Below are positions 43,923 to 53,864 of a stretch of DNA of 64,000 nt, piece after piece (position 1 is the first letter of the stretch; the number at the start of each line of letters is the position of its first letter). The notes below the pieces were generated by a model that saw nothing but the letters and a program-made list of their open reading frames with translations, was not told the DNA's origin and did no database searches. Source of the DNA: Victivallales bacterium (GTDB taxonomy: Bacteria > Verrucomicrobiota > Lentisphaeria > Oligosphaerales > Oligosphaeraceae); the NCBI GenBank assembly GCA_017617415.1, contig JAFZWH010000093.1, forward strand, positions 26,218 to 90,217. The letters are read 5' to 3'. The translations under genes were made by a program, and so were the position numbers.

Positions 43923-44960
43923 CTACAAATTGTTTGGATATCCGATGTAGAGCAGATCCTCGCCGACGAACTGCGTCTTGATCCGTTCGAGATGCAGCGC
44001 CTCTTCCAGCGAGGGCGGAGCCTCGCCGCCAACTGCCGTGGCAGACCCGCGCCCTCCGATGATCATCGGGGCAATAAAGAACTGCACTTGGTTCACGACG
44101 CCGCAGGCGAGCGCATTGGCAGCCAGCTCGCCGCCACCTTCCAGCAACAACATACTGACTTCCTTTGCACCCCAGGATGTTAAAAACTGATTCCAGGCTT
44201 CAGAAGTGGCGGGCTTAGCCACCACCACCTCGCGTTTGGAATCGCCTTTCAATTTCAATCCGGCCGGCAAGGGCTGGCTGGTCCATACCGCCGGAATGGG
44301 CTGACGTGGCCAGTCGGCCGGCTCGCGGACCTTCAACTCCGGATCGTCCAGCCGCGCCGTGCGCCCGCCAACCATCACCATGTCCGCAAGTTGTCGCAAA
44401 CGCTGGACATGACTTCGTGCGGCGGCGCCGGTAATCCACTGCGAACGCCCGTCCGGCAAGGCAATCTTGCCGTCCAAAGACATTGCCATTTTTAAGATCA
44501 CCCAGGGCTTCCGATGCGTGATCCACCAGAAGAAATGCTCGTTGAGCCGCTGGCACTCTTCCTCCAACACGCCCGTAACGACTTCGATGCCTGAAGAACG
44601 AAGACGCTCCACTGCCGCACCTGCATGGCGCGGATTGGCGTCCAGACATCCGATGACCACCCGTGCGAACCCGGTCTTTTGGATTGCCTCGCAACACGGC
44701 GGGGTACGTCCATACGTGCTACATGGTTCAAGAGTGACATAGAGCGTCGCCTGATGCAGATCCACGCCGGGAGAAACACTCTCCAAGGCGTTGATCTCCG
44801 CATGGTTGTGCCCTGCAAGCTGGTGGTGGCCCAGCCCGAGCAACTGACCGTCGCGGACAATCGCTGCACCGACCATCGGATTGGGAGAGCAGAGCCCCCA
44901 GCCCTTTTGCGCTTCAGCCAGCGCCATCCGCATCCATTTTTCGTGCCCCAGTTCCGTCAT
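43923..44960 (-). CDS. ribD: Bifunctional riboflavin biosynthesis deaminase/reductase RibD
   Basis: Deaminase zinc motifs HAEINAL and PCSTYGRTPPC, followed by a reductase domain. The start is set to MTELGHEKWM (ATG 44960). Confidence 0.9.
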   Translation of the reverse strand: MTELGHEKWMRMALAEAQKGWGLCSPNPMVGAAIVRDGQLLGLGHHQLAGHNHAEINALESVSPGVDLHQATLYVTLEPCSTYGRTPPCCEAIQKTGFARVVIGCLDANPRHAGAAVERLRSSGIEVVTGVLEEECQRLNEHFFWWITHRKPWVILKMAMSLDGKIALPDGRSQWITGAAARSHVQRLRQLADMVMVGGRTARLDDPELKVREPADWPRQPIPAVWTSQPLPAGLKLKGDSKREVVVAKPATSEAWNQFLTSWGAKEVSMLLLEGGGELAANALACGVVNQVQFFIAPMIIGGRGSATAVGGEAPPSLEEALHLERIKTQFVGEDLLYIGYPNNL

Positions 44961-45167
44961 TGATAATAATATAAGGATTTTTTTGCAAAAAGTTCTCTGT
45001 GCCACGTCAGACAAGTTTTTTTCACTCTGCTGCGACTTTTTTGCAGATTGTTGCTGGAACACTAAGAAAGTTGGGCTATATTGCAGATGTTTGTCGTTTT
45101 TTCCTTTAATAAAGAGGATAAAAACTCTCACTCCTCTTCAAAGATTTCCCCAACCGGAGACTTTATT

Positions 45168-46913
45168 GTGATCGGTCAAGAAGAATTCATCGTAGATCTG
45201 CTCATCTCCCGCGGTGTGATCACCAACGAGCAAGTCGAGGACGCCAAAAAGAAAATGGCAGAGGGGGACGAAGATTCCGTCCTGAACGCCCTCTATGCCC
45301 TGCGCATCATTACGGAACAGCAAGTCATGCGTGTGCTGGGCGACGAGTACGGGATGGAGACCTATGACTTCGACAGCGCCAAGCAACATGTGCCAGAGCA
45401 GATCATCGCCATGATCCCCAACCAGATTGCTCTGCGCTACCACATGGTTCCGCTCTCCTTCGCAAATGGCATCCTCAAGGTCGCCATGTCCGACCCCGCC
45501 GACATCGAGTCGCTGGACGCCGTGCGACATCTGACTGGACTGGACGTCGAAGGCGTCCTGACTCCCCAGCGTCAGTTGGAGCGCGCCCTGGAGTTCTACT
45601 ACAAGCGTGAGGACGCCACGGACATCCTCCAGGAAGTCACCGAAACCACCACCGATGTCACGCTTGCCTCGACCACCGACTCCACGATGGACGCCACCCA
45701 AGACGCCACCCAGGACGCAACCATCGACTCCGACGGCAAGAACTCAAACGACATTGCCCCCATCATCCGCTATGTCTCGCTGGTCATCATCGAGGCATTC
45801 CGTTCCCGCGCATCGGATATCCATCTGGAACCCCTGGAGAAGAAATTCCGCGTGCGCTACCGCATCGACGGCGTGCTCAACGAGGTCGAAGCACCGCCCA
45901 AGTATCTCCAGAACAAAATCCTGTCGCGCCTGAAGTTGATGAGCGGCATGGATTTGTCTGAGCATCGAATCCCGCAGGACGGGCGAATCCGCATCACCGC
46001 GATGGGTCGTGACCTGGACTTGCGTGTGTCGGACATCCCCTGCACGCACGGCGAATCCATCGTCATGCGTATCTTGGACAAAAGCGGCGTCATGCTGGGT
46101 ATCGGAGAATTGGGATTCATGCAGGACGACCAGGATCTGATCTACAAAATCCTACAGATGCCGGACGGCATCTTCCTGGTCACCGGCCCGACCGGTTCCG
46201 GCAAGACCACCTCGCTGTACTCCTTCCTGCACGAACTCAACCAGCCCACCCGCAAGATCATTACCGCCGAGGACCCGGTGGAATACGAGCTCTCCGGCAT
46301 CAACCAGGTTCAGGTGAACACCGATGTCGGCCTTACCTTCGCCGCCGCGCTGCGCGCCATGTTGCGTCAGGCCCCGAACATCATCATGGTCGGTGAAATT
46401 CGTGACTCGGAGACTGGCTCCATCGCCATCAATGCGGCTCTGACGGGGCACTTGGTCTTCAGCACCCTGCACACCAACGACGCGCCGTCCGCCATCACCC
46501 GTCTGATCGATATGGGCATCAAGCCCTTCCTGGTCGCCTCTTCCCTGCGCGCCATCATGGCGCAGCGACTTGTCCGCCGCCTCTGCAAGCACTGCAAGAA
46601 GGAGCACATTGTCACCGAATCCGAGATGCAGGGGCTGGACATCACCCCCGAATACGTGGCGAAGTCCACCTTTATGGAGCCAGCGGGCTGCTCCGAGTGC
46701 AACAAGGGCTATCGCGGACGTATGGGCATCTACGAAATCTTCATGCTCGATCCCGAGGTCGAGAACATGATCTACCAGAAAGCGGACGCCGGTGTTATCG
46801 CCCGCCACGCCCGCTCCCATGGCATGCGCAACTTGCGCGACGACGGAATCCGCAAGGCCGCCATGGGCATCACTTCCATCAACGAGGTGCTTCGCCTCAC
46901 CGTCTCCGAATAG
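45168..46913 (+). CDS. GspE/PilB-family secretion ATPase, copy 1
   Basis: T2SSE_N-like N-terminus, Walker A GPTGSGKTTSL and a tetracysteine CKHCKK...CSECNKGYRGR. A T/D-rich linker (TTTDVTLASTTDSTMDATQDATQDAT) is present. The start is proposed at GTG 45168, with GGAGA 7 nt upstream. ATG 45081 is the alternative. Confidence 0.85.
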   Translation: MIGQEEFIVDLLISRGVITNEQVEDAKKKMAEGDEDSVLNALYALRIITEQQVMRVLGDEYGMETYDFDSAKQHVPEQIIAMIPNQIALRYHMVPLSFANGILKVAMSDPADIESLDAVRHLTGLDVEGVLTPQRQLERALEFYYKREDATDILQEVTETTTDVTLASTTDSTMDATQDATQDATIDSDGKNSNDIAPIIRYVSLVIIEAFRSRASDIHLEPLEKKFRVRYRIDGVLNEVEAPPKYLQNKILSRLKLMSGMDLSEHRIPQDGRIRITAMGRDLDLRVSDIPCTHGESIVMRILDKSGVMLGIGELGFMQDDQDLIYKILQMPDGIFLVTGPTGSGKTTSLYSFLHELNQPTRKIITAEDPVEYELSGINQVQVNTDVGLTFAAALRAMLRQAPNIIMVGEIRDSETGSIAINAALTGHLVFSTLHTNDAPSAITRLIDMGIKPFLVASSLRAIMAQRLVRRLCKHCKKEHIVTESEMQGLDITPEYVAKSTFMEPAGCSECNKGYRGRMGIYEIFMLDPEVENMIYQKADAGVIARHARSHGMRNLRDDGIRKAAMGITSINEVLRLTVSE

Positions 46914-46958
46914 CCCCCGACTCTCACACTCCAAAAACTACGCGGAGAAGAATTTCCC

Positions 46959-48689
46959 ATGCCTAACGAAAACAGCATCGCGATTTCCCCGAATGTCAGT
47001 ATGATCTGGCAAATCCTGCTGCGCAAGAAAATCACCACGGAAGACGAACTCGAGGAAGTCCTGGAGGAAAGTCACAACAACGGCCAGCCCTTCGAGACCG
47101 TCCTCTACAACTATGAAATCATCACCGAGGACAAGCTCCTGGGGCTCATCGCCGAGGAACTCGGCACCGATTTCGTTGAAATCCATCCCGGCTCCATCAA
47201 CGAAGACCTCGTCAAACTCATTTCGGGCGAAACTGCACGCACCTACAACATCATCCCCATTGCCGAGGATGACGATGTCATTACGTTGGCGACGGACAAC
47301 CCGTTCGACACCAAACTGATTGACGAACTGCATTTCGTCATCAACAAGGACTGCCGCATCGTCGTCGCCCGCCCCCGCGAGATTGCCGAGGCGCTGGACA
47401 CCTTCTACCCGGAGCACGGCGGCACCGTCTCCGATGTCATCCAGGAGCTGGTCAGCGAGCACGACGCCTCCTCCAAGGAAAAGGACTTCTCGAAGATGAC
47501 CGAGGAGGAACTCCTCAGCGCCGCCAATGACACCCCTATCGTCAAATTTGTCAACGTCATCCTCCAGCAGGCGATCAAGGACAAGGCCTCTGACATCCAT
47601 TTCGAGCCGTTCCAGGACGAGTTCCGCATCCGCTACCGTATTGACGGCGCGCTCTACGAAATGACCCCTCCGCCGAAGCACCTTTCCATTCCGGTAATCA
47701 GCCGCATCAAGGTCATGAGCTCGATGAACCTCTCCGAACGGCGTATTCCGCAGGACGGACGCATCGAGCTCCATGTCGGGAAGAACCCCGTGGACCTGCG
47801 TGTGTCCAGTCTTCCTACCCGCTACGGCGAGTCCGTGGTGCTGCGTGTGCTCGACCGCTCCGTCGTCAATCTGAACCTCGACAGCCTGGGCATGCAGAAG
47901 GATATGGTCGCTACTGTCCGCAAGATGATCAGCCGGCCGAACGGCATCTTCCTGGTCACTGGTCCGACCGGTTCCGGCAAGACCACCACGCTCTACTCTG
48001 GCGTCAAGGAACTCAACAAGCTGGAGGACAAGCTCCTGACCGTGGAGGACCCGGTGGAATACGACCTGGAAGGCATCATGCAGGTGCCCGTCCGCGAACA
48101 GGTTGGCATGACCTTTGCCAATGCCCTGCGAGCCTTCCTTCGTCAGGATCCCGACCGAATCATGGTCGGGGAAATCCGTGACAAGGAGACCGCCGACATC
48201 GCCGTGCAGGCTTCCCTGACCGGACACCTGGTTCTCTCCACCCTCCACACCAACGACGCCGCCGGTACCGTCACCCGTCTGATCGACATGGGCATCGAGC
48301 CGTTCCTGATCTCCTCCACCCTTATCGGCGTTCTCGCCCAGCGGCTCATCCGACGCGTCTGCCCAGTCTGCAAAGAGGCCTACACGCCGGACGATGCGGA
48401 ACTCGAGGCCTTCGGCATTACCCGCGACAAGATCGGGAACCAGCAATTCTGGCGCGGCACCGGCTGCGATAATTGCAATGGCTCCGGATACCGCGGGCGA
48501 GTCGGAATCTTTGAACTCCTGTCAGTGACGTCGGAAATCCAGCAACTCATCAACCGGCGCTGCCCTACGCAGGAAATCAAGGAAATGGCGATGAAACAAG
48601 GCATGGAGACACTCCGCATGGACGGTTTCAAGCAAGTCGTCCAGGGTGTCACTACTGCCAAAGAAGTCATCCAGTACACTTTTGCCTGA
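46959..48689 (+). CDS. GspE/PilB-family secretion ATPase, copy 2
   Basis: Walker A GPTGSGKTTTL, VGEIRD and a tetracysteine CPVCKE...CDNCNGSGYRGR. Confidence 0.9.
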   Translation: MPNENSIAISPNVSMIWQILLRKKITTEDELEEVLEESHNNGQPFETVLYNYEIITEDKLLGLIAEELGTDFVEIHPGSINEDLVKLISGETARTYNIIPIAEDDDVITLATDNPFDTKLIDELHFVINKDCRIVVARPREIAEALDTFYPEHGGTVSDVIQELVSEHDASSKEKDFSKMTEEELLSAANDTPIVKFVNVILQQAIKDKASDIHFEPFQDEFRIRYRIDGALYEMTPPPKHLSIPVISRIKVMSSMNLSERRIPQDGRIELHVGKNPVDLRVSSLPTRYGESVVLRVLDRSVVNLNLDSLGMQKDMVATVRKMISRPNGIFLVTGPTGSGKTTTLYSGVKELNKLEDKLLTVEDPVEYDLEGIMQVPVREQVGMTFANALRAFLRQDPDRIMVGEIRDKETADIAVQASLTGHLVLSTLHTNDAAGTVTRLIDMGIEPFLISSTLIGVLAQRLIRRVCPVCKEAYTPDDAELEAFGITRDKIGNQQFWRGTGCDNCNGSGYRGRVGIFELLSVTSEIQQLINRRCPTQEIKEMAMKQGMETLRMDGFKQVVQGVTTAKEVIQYTFA

Positions 48690-48727
48690 CACAAAATTAA
48701 CCATAATTCAATAGCGGAGAATTAATT

Positions 48728-49837
48728 ATGCCTAAATTAGAAATGGCCGACCTCCTGGACTTGGTGCTGCAGGAAGGTGCCTCCGACCTTCATTTGCCCT
48801 GCTTCTCCCCGCCGGTTTTGCGCATCCACGGCGAACTCACTCCGCTGGATGTTCCGCCGATGCAACCGGAGGACACCGAATACCTGATGAAGTCCATCAC
48901 CTCCGAGGCCAACCAGCAAAAACTCCAGCAGGACGGTACGGTGGACTTCGGCTTCGCCTTTGGCGAACGCGCCCGTTTCCGTGTTTCCGCTTTCCGTGCC
49001 CGTGGCAACATCGCGATGGTTCTGCGAACCATTTCCAACGACCTGCTCACCCTGGAGCAGATTGGTTTGCCCAATGCGTGCAAGGACATCCTTTTCCGGC
49101 CTCGCGGCCTGGTTTTGGTCACTGGACCTACTGGCTCCGGCAAGTCCACCACTCTTGCCTCGATGATCGACGTCATCAACCATGAGAAGAAAGACCACAT
49201 CATCACCATCGAGGACCCGATTGAGTTCTACCATTCCAGCGTCAACTGCGTCATCACCCAGCGCGAGGTACACAACGACGTGCCTTCCTTCGCAGACGCC
49301 ATCCGCCGCGCATTGCGACAGGACCCCGATGTCATCCTGGTCGGTGAAATGCGTGATAACGAGACCATCTCGGCCGCCATCACCGCCGCCGAAACCGGTC
49401 ACTTGGTCTTTGGCACCCTGCATACCACTGGCGCCGCCGAAACCATCGACCGTATCGTGGACTCCTTCCCCACCAACCAGCAGGCGCAGATCCGTACCCA
49501 GCTGGCCTCCACGCTGATCTGCGTAATCTCGCAGTTGTTGCTCAAGCGCAAGGACAAGAAGGGGCGTATCGCGGCTTTTGAAATCATGGTCACCACGCCG
49601 TCCATTCAGGCACTAATCCGCGATGGCAAGACCTTCCGAATCACCTCTGACATCCAGACCGGTGCCAAATACGGCATGAATACGCTGGACACGCACCTCA
49701 TCCGCCTCTACAACGAAGGCAAGATCTCCTATGGTGACCTGATCACCAAGTCCCGCGACCCGGAAGGCGTTCAGCAGAAACTGCACCAGATGCTCATGGA
49801 GCAGGGCGCCGTCGGCGGGCAGCAAGTCAAGAAATAA
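48728..49837 (+). CDS. pilT: PilT-family retraction ATPase
   Basis: 369 aa with [22 protein letters not shown] and [10 protein letters not shown]. It lacks the GspE N-terminal domain. Confidence 0.9.
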   Translation: MPKLEMADLLDLVLQEGASDLHLPCFSPPVLRIHGELTPLDVPPMQPEDTEYLMKSITSEANQQKLQQDGTVDFGFAFGERARFRVSAFRARGNIAMVLRTISNDLLTLEQIGLPNACKDILFRPRGLVLVTGPTGSGKSTTLASMIDVINHEKKDHIITIEDPIEFYHSSVNCVITQREVHNDVPSFADAIRRALRQDPDVILVGEMRDNETISAAITAAETGHLVFGTLHTTGAAETIDRIVDSFPTNQQAQIRTQLASTLICVISQLLLKRKDKKGRIAAFEIMVTTPSIQALIRDGKTFRITSDIQTGAKYGMNTLDTHLIRLYNEGKISYGDLITKSRDPEGVQQKLHQMLMEQGAVGGQQVKK

Positions 49838-49871
49838 TCATTCCCTGGGCATTTCCTGAAAGGAGGTTCCA

Positions 49872-51116
49872 ATGGCAAAATTCCAATACACTGCATACGA
49901 CAGCGAAGGCAAGCTCAAGAAAGGCGTTCTGGAAGCTGACGACGAGCAGGCGGCGACCATCCAGTTGCGCAACCAGTCCCTGGCGCCGACCAGCTTGACC
50001 ACCATCGGCGGCGGAAGCAAAGGGAAGGGCGCGGCCGCTGGCGCTGGTGCGCTTTTCGGCATGCCGAAAGTCAAGACCAAGGCGCTATGTACCGCCACCC
50101 GGCAGCTCGCCACCCTGATTGAAGCCGGTCTGCCGCTGGTGCGCGCATTGCGCACTCTCGAACGTCAGGCCAAAGGCAGCCAGCCAGCCTTATATAAGGT
50201 AATGGGCAATCTGGCCGACTCCGTGGAAGGCGGCTCGACCTTCTCCGAAGCACTGGCCAACCACCCGAAGTCTTTCAACAAGCTCTATGTCTCCATGGTT
50301 CGCGCGGGCGAGGCATCTGGTGCGCTGGATGTGGTTCTGAACCGTCTGGCCGAATTCATGGAGAAGGCACAGCGCATTGCCGGCAAGGTCAAGTCCGCGA
50401 TGGTGTATCCTATCGCGGTGCTGATCATGGCCATGGGCATCACCGCCGCGCTGATGATCTTCATCATCCCGAAGTTCGGCGCGATGTTCATGGAAATGCT
50501 CCCTGGGGAATCCCTGCCGGGCATCACCCTCTTCGTCATCAACGCCTCCAATATGCTGAAGGACCATGCACTCACCGTGCTGGCGTGCATTGTCGGCGGC
50601 ATCTTCGTCTTCAAGTTGCTGCTGAAGACAAAACCTGGCGAATACTGTTGGGACTTGTTCTGCATTAAAGTCCCCAAAATCAGCGGTCTGGTGGTCAAGA
50701 ACATCTCCGCGCGATTCGCAAGAACCTTGGGAACCCTGATGGGTTCCGGCGTCGCCGTCCTGTCCGCCCTTCAGATTGTGCGCGACACCGCCGGCAACGA
50801 AATCTTCGCCCGCGCCATTGACACCGTGCACGACTCCGTGAAGGAAGGCGAAGGCATGACCAAGCCGCTGGAGAAGTCCGGCGTCTTCCCGCTGATGCTC
50901 TGCTCCATGATCGAAGTCGGCGAGGAGACCGGTGCGCTGCCTGACATGCTCAACCGTGTCGCCATCGTCTATGAGGAAGAGGTCGACCGCGCCGTCGAGG
51001 GTCTCACCGCACTGATCGAGCCGTTGATGATTATGTTCCTGGCCGGCGTCATCGGCACCATCGTCATCGCGCTCTTCGCCCCGCTGGTCAAGATGATCGA
51101 CAAGCTTGGCGGCTGA
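49872..51116 (+). CDS. GspF/PilC-family inner-membrane platform protein
   Basis: 414 aa with a duplicated T2SSF domain (LATLIEAGLPLVRAL and LGTLMGSGVAVLSAL). Confidence 0.9.
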   Translation: MAKFQYTAYDSEGKLKKGVLEADDEQAATIQLRNQSLAPTSLTTIGGGSKGKGAAAGAGALFGMPKVKTKALCTATRQLATLIEAGLPLVRALRTLERQAKGSQPALYKVMGNLADSVEGGSTFSEALANHPKSFNKLYVSMVRAGEASGALDVVLNRLAEFMEKAQRIAGKVKSAMVYPIAVLIMAMGITAALMIFIIPKFGAMFMEMLPGESLPGITLFVINASNMLKDHALTVLACIVGGIFVFKLLLKTKPGEYCWDLFCIKVPKISGLVVKNISARFARTLGTLMGSGVAVLSALQIVRDTAGNEIFARAIDTVHDSVKEGEGMTKPLEKSGVFPLMLCSMIEVGEETGALPDMLNRVAIVYEEEVDRAVEGLTALIEPLMIMFLAGVIGTIVIALFAPLVKMIDKLGG

Positions 51117-51143
51117 TCGCCGATCCTGCATTTCCCACCTACG

Positions 51144-51192
51144 ACACCGCGCCGCCGTCACCGGAGTTTGTCCCGGCGGCGGCGTGTTTTTT
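51144..51192 (+). terminator. Intrinsic terminator after the pilus ATPase/platform block
   Basis: ACACCGCGCCGCCG ... CGGCGGCGGCGTGT forms a long GC-rich stem. It is followed by TTTTTT, 28 nt after the pilC-like stop. Confidence 0.55.
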
Positions 51193-51238
51193 CCGGCGCA
51201 AGAAAAGCCTGTAAAATTCTCCCTGTCCTTTTTCGCCA

Positions 51239-52165
51239 GTGATTTCCTCCTCGCTCATCGCTAAAATTCGCCAGAATGACCTGCCGGCCATGGCCGAGCT
51301 GGACGCGATGGGCATTTCTCCCTCCCCCGCCGAAACCGCAACGCAATTCGCGGATCGTCTGGAGGCGTTGAACCTCAATTTTGCAAAGATGGAGGACTCG
51401 CTTCACCATACCGGCGAATATACCGTCGAAGGCGTCACCGTGAAGAGTCCCGCACGCATTCCCGAGGAGGTCTTTGCGGAGCCGATGGAGCGCACGAGCC
51501 AGCTCTTCGGCTTTCGGTGCGATTGGGTTCCGGGATTCTTCTTCCCGGCCAGACCGCTGAGCTTCTTTGGTGGCTATGCCTTCTACTTCTTTCCGGAATT
51601 CTTTGCCATGTTCTTGGCACGCGCCGAATTCCGCAAGCGCCCTAAATGGCTTTTCATCGAGCGGAACGAGCTGGTCGCTCACGAGATGTGCCATATCGCA
51701 CGCGCCGCCCTGGAATCCCACGCCTACGAGGAGCTCTTCGCCTACCAGACTGCAACCACCGCCTTCCGGCGGTTTACCGGCGGCATCTTCCGCGAGCAGA
51801 TTGATTCTTTCCTGTTTCTCGGCGCCACTTTCCTTCTGCTTTTCTGGCAAATGGCACGCGCCTTCGCCTTCCCACAACTTCCTGCTTGGCCTGGATGGGC
51901 AGTGCTGGCCGCCGATTTCACCTTCTTGCTCGTGCGTCATTGCCTCACCTACCGACGCTTCACCATCGCACGAGACAAATTGACCCGCCTCTACGGCGAC
52001 GATGCCGTCGCCCGCGCAGTGCTGTTCCATGCCAGTGACGCCGAAATCCCCTTGCTTGCCGGCACGCGGAATCCCGCTATGCTTTTGGACGAGTGGTCCA
52101 AGACCCAGCTTCGTTGGCAAATCGTCCAGCTACGCTTTCCCTGGAAGCCTGCAGCTCCGCAATGA
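51239..52165 (+). CDS. Hypothetical membrane protein with HExxH metallopeptidase-like motif
   Basis: 308 aa with LVAHEMCHIA followed by E-rich ESHAYEE, and 3-4 hydrophobic helices. The stop overlaps the next gene start (ATGA). No family was recognised. Confidence 0.5.
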   Translation: MISSSLIAKIRQNDLPAMAELDAMGISPSPAETATQFADRLEALNLNFAKMEDSLHHTGEYTVEGVTVKSPARIPEEVFAEPMERTSQLFGFRCDWVPGFFFPARPLSFFGGYAFYFFPEFFAMFLARAEFRKRPKWLFIERNELVAHEMCHIARAALESHAYEELFAYQTATTAFRRFTGGIFREQIDSFLFLGATFLLLFWQMARAFAFPQLPAWPGWAVLAADFTFLLVRHCLTYRRFTIARDKLTRLYGDDAVARAVLFHASDAEIPLLAGTRNPAMLLDEWSKTQLRWQIVQLRFPWKPAAPQ

Positions 52166-52956
52166 ACTCCGTACTGCTCAAACGCCTCCGGCAATTCGCG
52201 GCCAGCCGTCACAACCAGCGCAAAGCGCCCTTCTTCGTGGTTGAGGGGCTGCGTTGCTGCCAGGAGGCGCTGACCCGTCGTCCCCAATGGGTGGAGGCGG
52301 TCATCCTCGCCGATGACATCGCGGAAACACCGAATGGGCGGGATTTTGCTGAATCCTCCCGACGAGCGGGCATTGCTCTGGATGTCATTTCAGCCGGTGA
52401 ATTTGCGCAACTGGCGATGACCGAAGGCCCGCAGGGGATGCTCTGCGTGATGCGCAAACCGGAAGCAACCACGCCAACTTGCTTGGATTCCACCTGCACG
52501 CTGATTCTTGATCAACTCCGGGAACCCGGAAATGTCGGAACCATTCTGCGTACCGCATGGTCTATTGGATTGTCACAAGTCTGGTTCACTGAAGGCAGTG
52601 CGGATCCGTGGTCGCCCAAGGTCATCCGAAGCGGAATGGGTGCGCAATTTGCCATAAATGTCCATAGTTTCCCAGACTTGTCCAATGCTGTCAGGCATTT
52701 TCATGAATTGGGCGGAGAGTGCGTCTGGTGTGCGATGATGCAATCACCTGTCACCATCTTCTCCAATGATTTTACCCCCTGTGGCTCGGCGCTCATTTTG
52801 GGCAATGAGGGCCACGGCATCTCCCAACCAGAGCTCGGCAAGGCAGTGACCATCCCGATGCCCGGACAAGCCGAGTCCCTCAACGTCGCCCAAGCCGCCA
52901 CGCTATTGCTCTACGAGGCACTACGGCGACAACCCAAAGGAGACATCTCCCCATGA
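52162..52956 (+). CDS. TrmH/SpoU-family RNA 2'-O-methyltransferase
   Basis: Motifs PGNVGTILRTA, LILGNEGHGIS and IPMPGQAESLNVAQAA. The start is set to the ATG overlapping the upstream stop. Confidence 0.8.
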   Translation: MNSVLLKRLRQFAASRHNQRKAPFFVVEGLRCCQEALTRRPQWVEAVILADDIAETPNGRDFAESSRRAGIALDVISAGEFAQLAMTEGPQGMLCVMRKPEATTPTCLDSTCTLILDQLREPGNVGTILRTAWSIGLSQVWFTEGSADPWSPKVIRSGMGAQFAINVHSFPDLSNAVRHFHELGGECVWCAMMQSPVTIFSNDFTPCGSALILGNEGHGISQPELGKAVTIPMPGQAESLNVAQAATLLLYEALRRQPKGDISP

Positions 52957-53861
52957 CTCATCGAAATACTACGCTTCTTTTTGCCGTGCTGGCGCTGGCC
53001 ATGATGGCCTCCCGTCTCTCCGCGCAAATAGCCTTGCAGTTTGAGACTGAAAAACCACGCTACCTGTGCTATGAGCCAGTCCATGTCCATCTCACTGTCT
53101 CCAACCTCTCTGGCAACACGCTGATCTTTGATGGCGATACCCCTGCCACCCAAGGAAGCATCTTCTTCAAGATAGAATGCGCCTCCGGCCGCCACTGCAA
53201 GGCCACCACCAGTTTGGGCAACCCGGCCAATGGACTCCGGCTCGCCCCTGGGGAAAGCAAGAGCCTCGACATCATTCTCAACCAGTTCTACAATCTCCAG
53301 CGCGAGGATGTCTATAATGTCACCGCTTTCCTCAACCACGGACGCCTCCCTCGCACGCATGTCTCGCAACCCATCCAGATCGCCGTGCAGGACGGGTTGC
53401 CCATCCTCACCAAGAACATCGGCCTGCCCTCCGAAAACGGCGAGAATACGGTAATCAAGTCTGTCCAGTTAAATTTATTACGGTTTGCCGATATCGACGA
53501 GGACATCTACGCTTTGCGCGTTGAGGACACGGAGAATGTCTATTCAACTTTCCGGCTCGGTTCCTTCATCGACGGTGAAAAACCCCAAGTCGAGGTTGAT
53601 GGCAACAGCCTGGTTCACATCCTCTTGCAAATCCGCCCGCGACTCTTTGTTTACTTCGTCTTCGGATTCCGCAACCGAAATCTCCAGTTGATGCAAAAGC
53701 GCTTCTATACCTCCTCTGACGGTGCGCCGCCCACGCTCTCCAAAGCCACCGGATACTTCCGCATCGAACATGGCCGGGTCGCCCGCGAAGGCGTGGACTA
53801 CATCGAACGCCGTGAAGACATCCAGACTGACGACTCACGCCGCAATATTCCGGAAAACTGA
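52953..53861 (+). CDS. Hypothetical secreted protein
   Basis: 302 aa with a signal peptide (LLFAVLALAMMASRLSA). A 4-nt overlap with the upstream stop suggests coupling. No family was recognised. Confidence 0.5.
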   Translation: MTHRNTTLLFAVLALAMMASRLSAQIALQFETEKPRYLCYEPVHVHLTVSNLSGNTLIFDGDTPATQGSIFFKIECASGRHCKATTSLGNPANGLRLAPGESKSLDIILNQFYNLQREDVYNVTAFLNHGRLPRTHVSQPIQIAVQDGLPILTKNIGLPSENGENTVIKSVQLNLLRFADIDEDIYALRVEDTENVYSTFRLGSFIDGEKPQVEVDGNSLVHILLQIRPRLFVYFVFGFRNRNLQLMQKRFYTSSDGAPPTLSKATGYFRIEHGRVAREGVDYIERREDIQTDDSRRNIPEN

Positions 53862-53864
53862 CCC

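Noticed and set aside
46152-48446. Antisense ORFs (260 aa and 502 aa) opposite the two PilB/GspE genes, and 48737-49423 opposite pilT
   Set aside because: These are shadow ORFs opposite strongly conserved ATPase genes.
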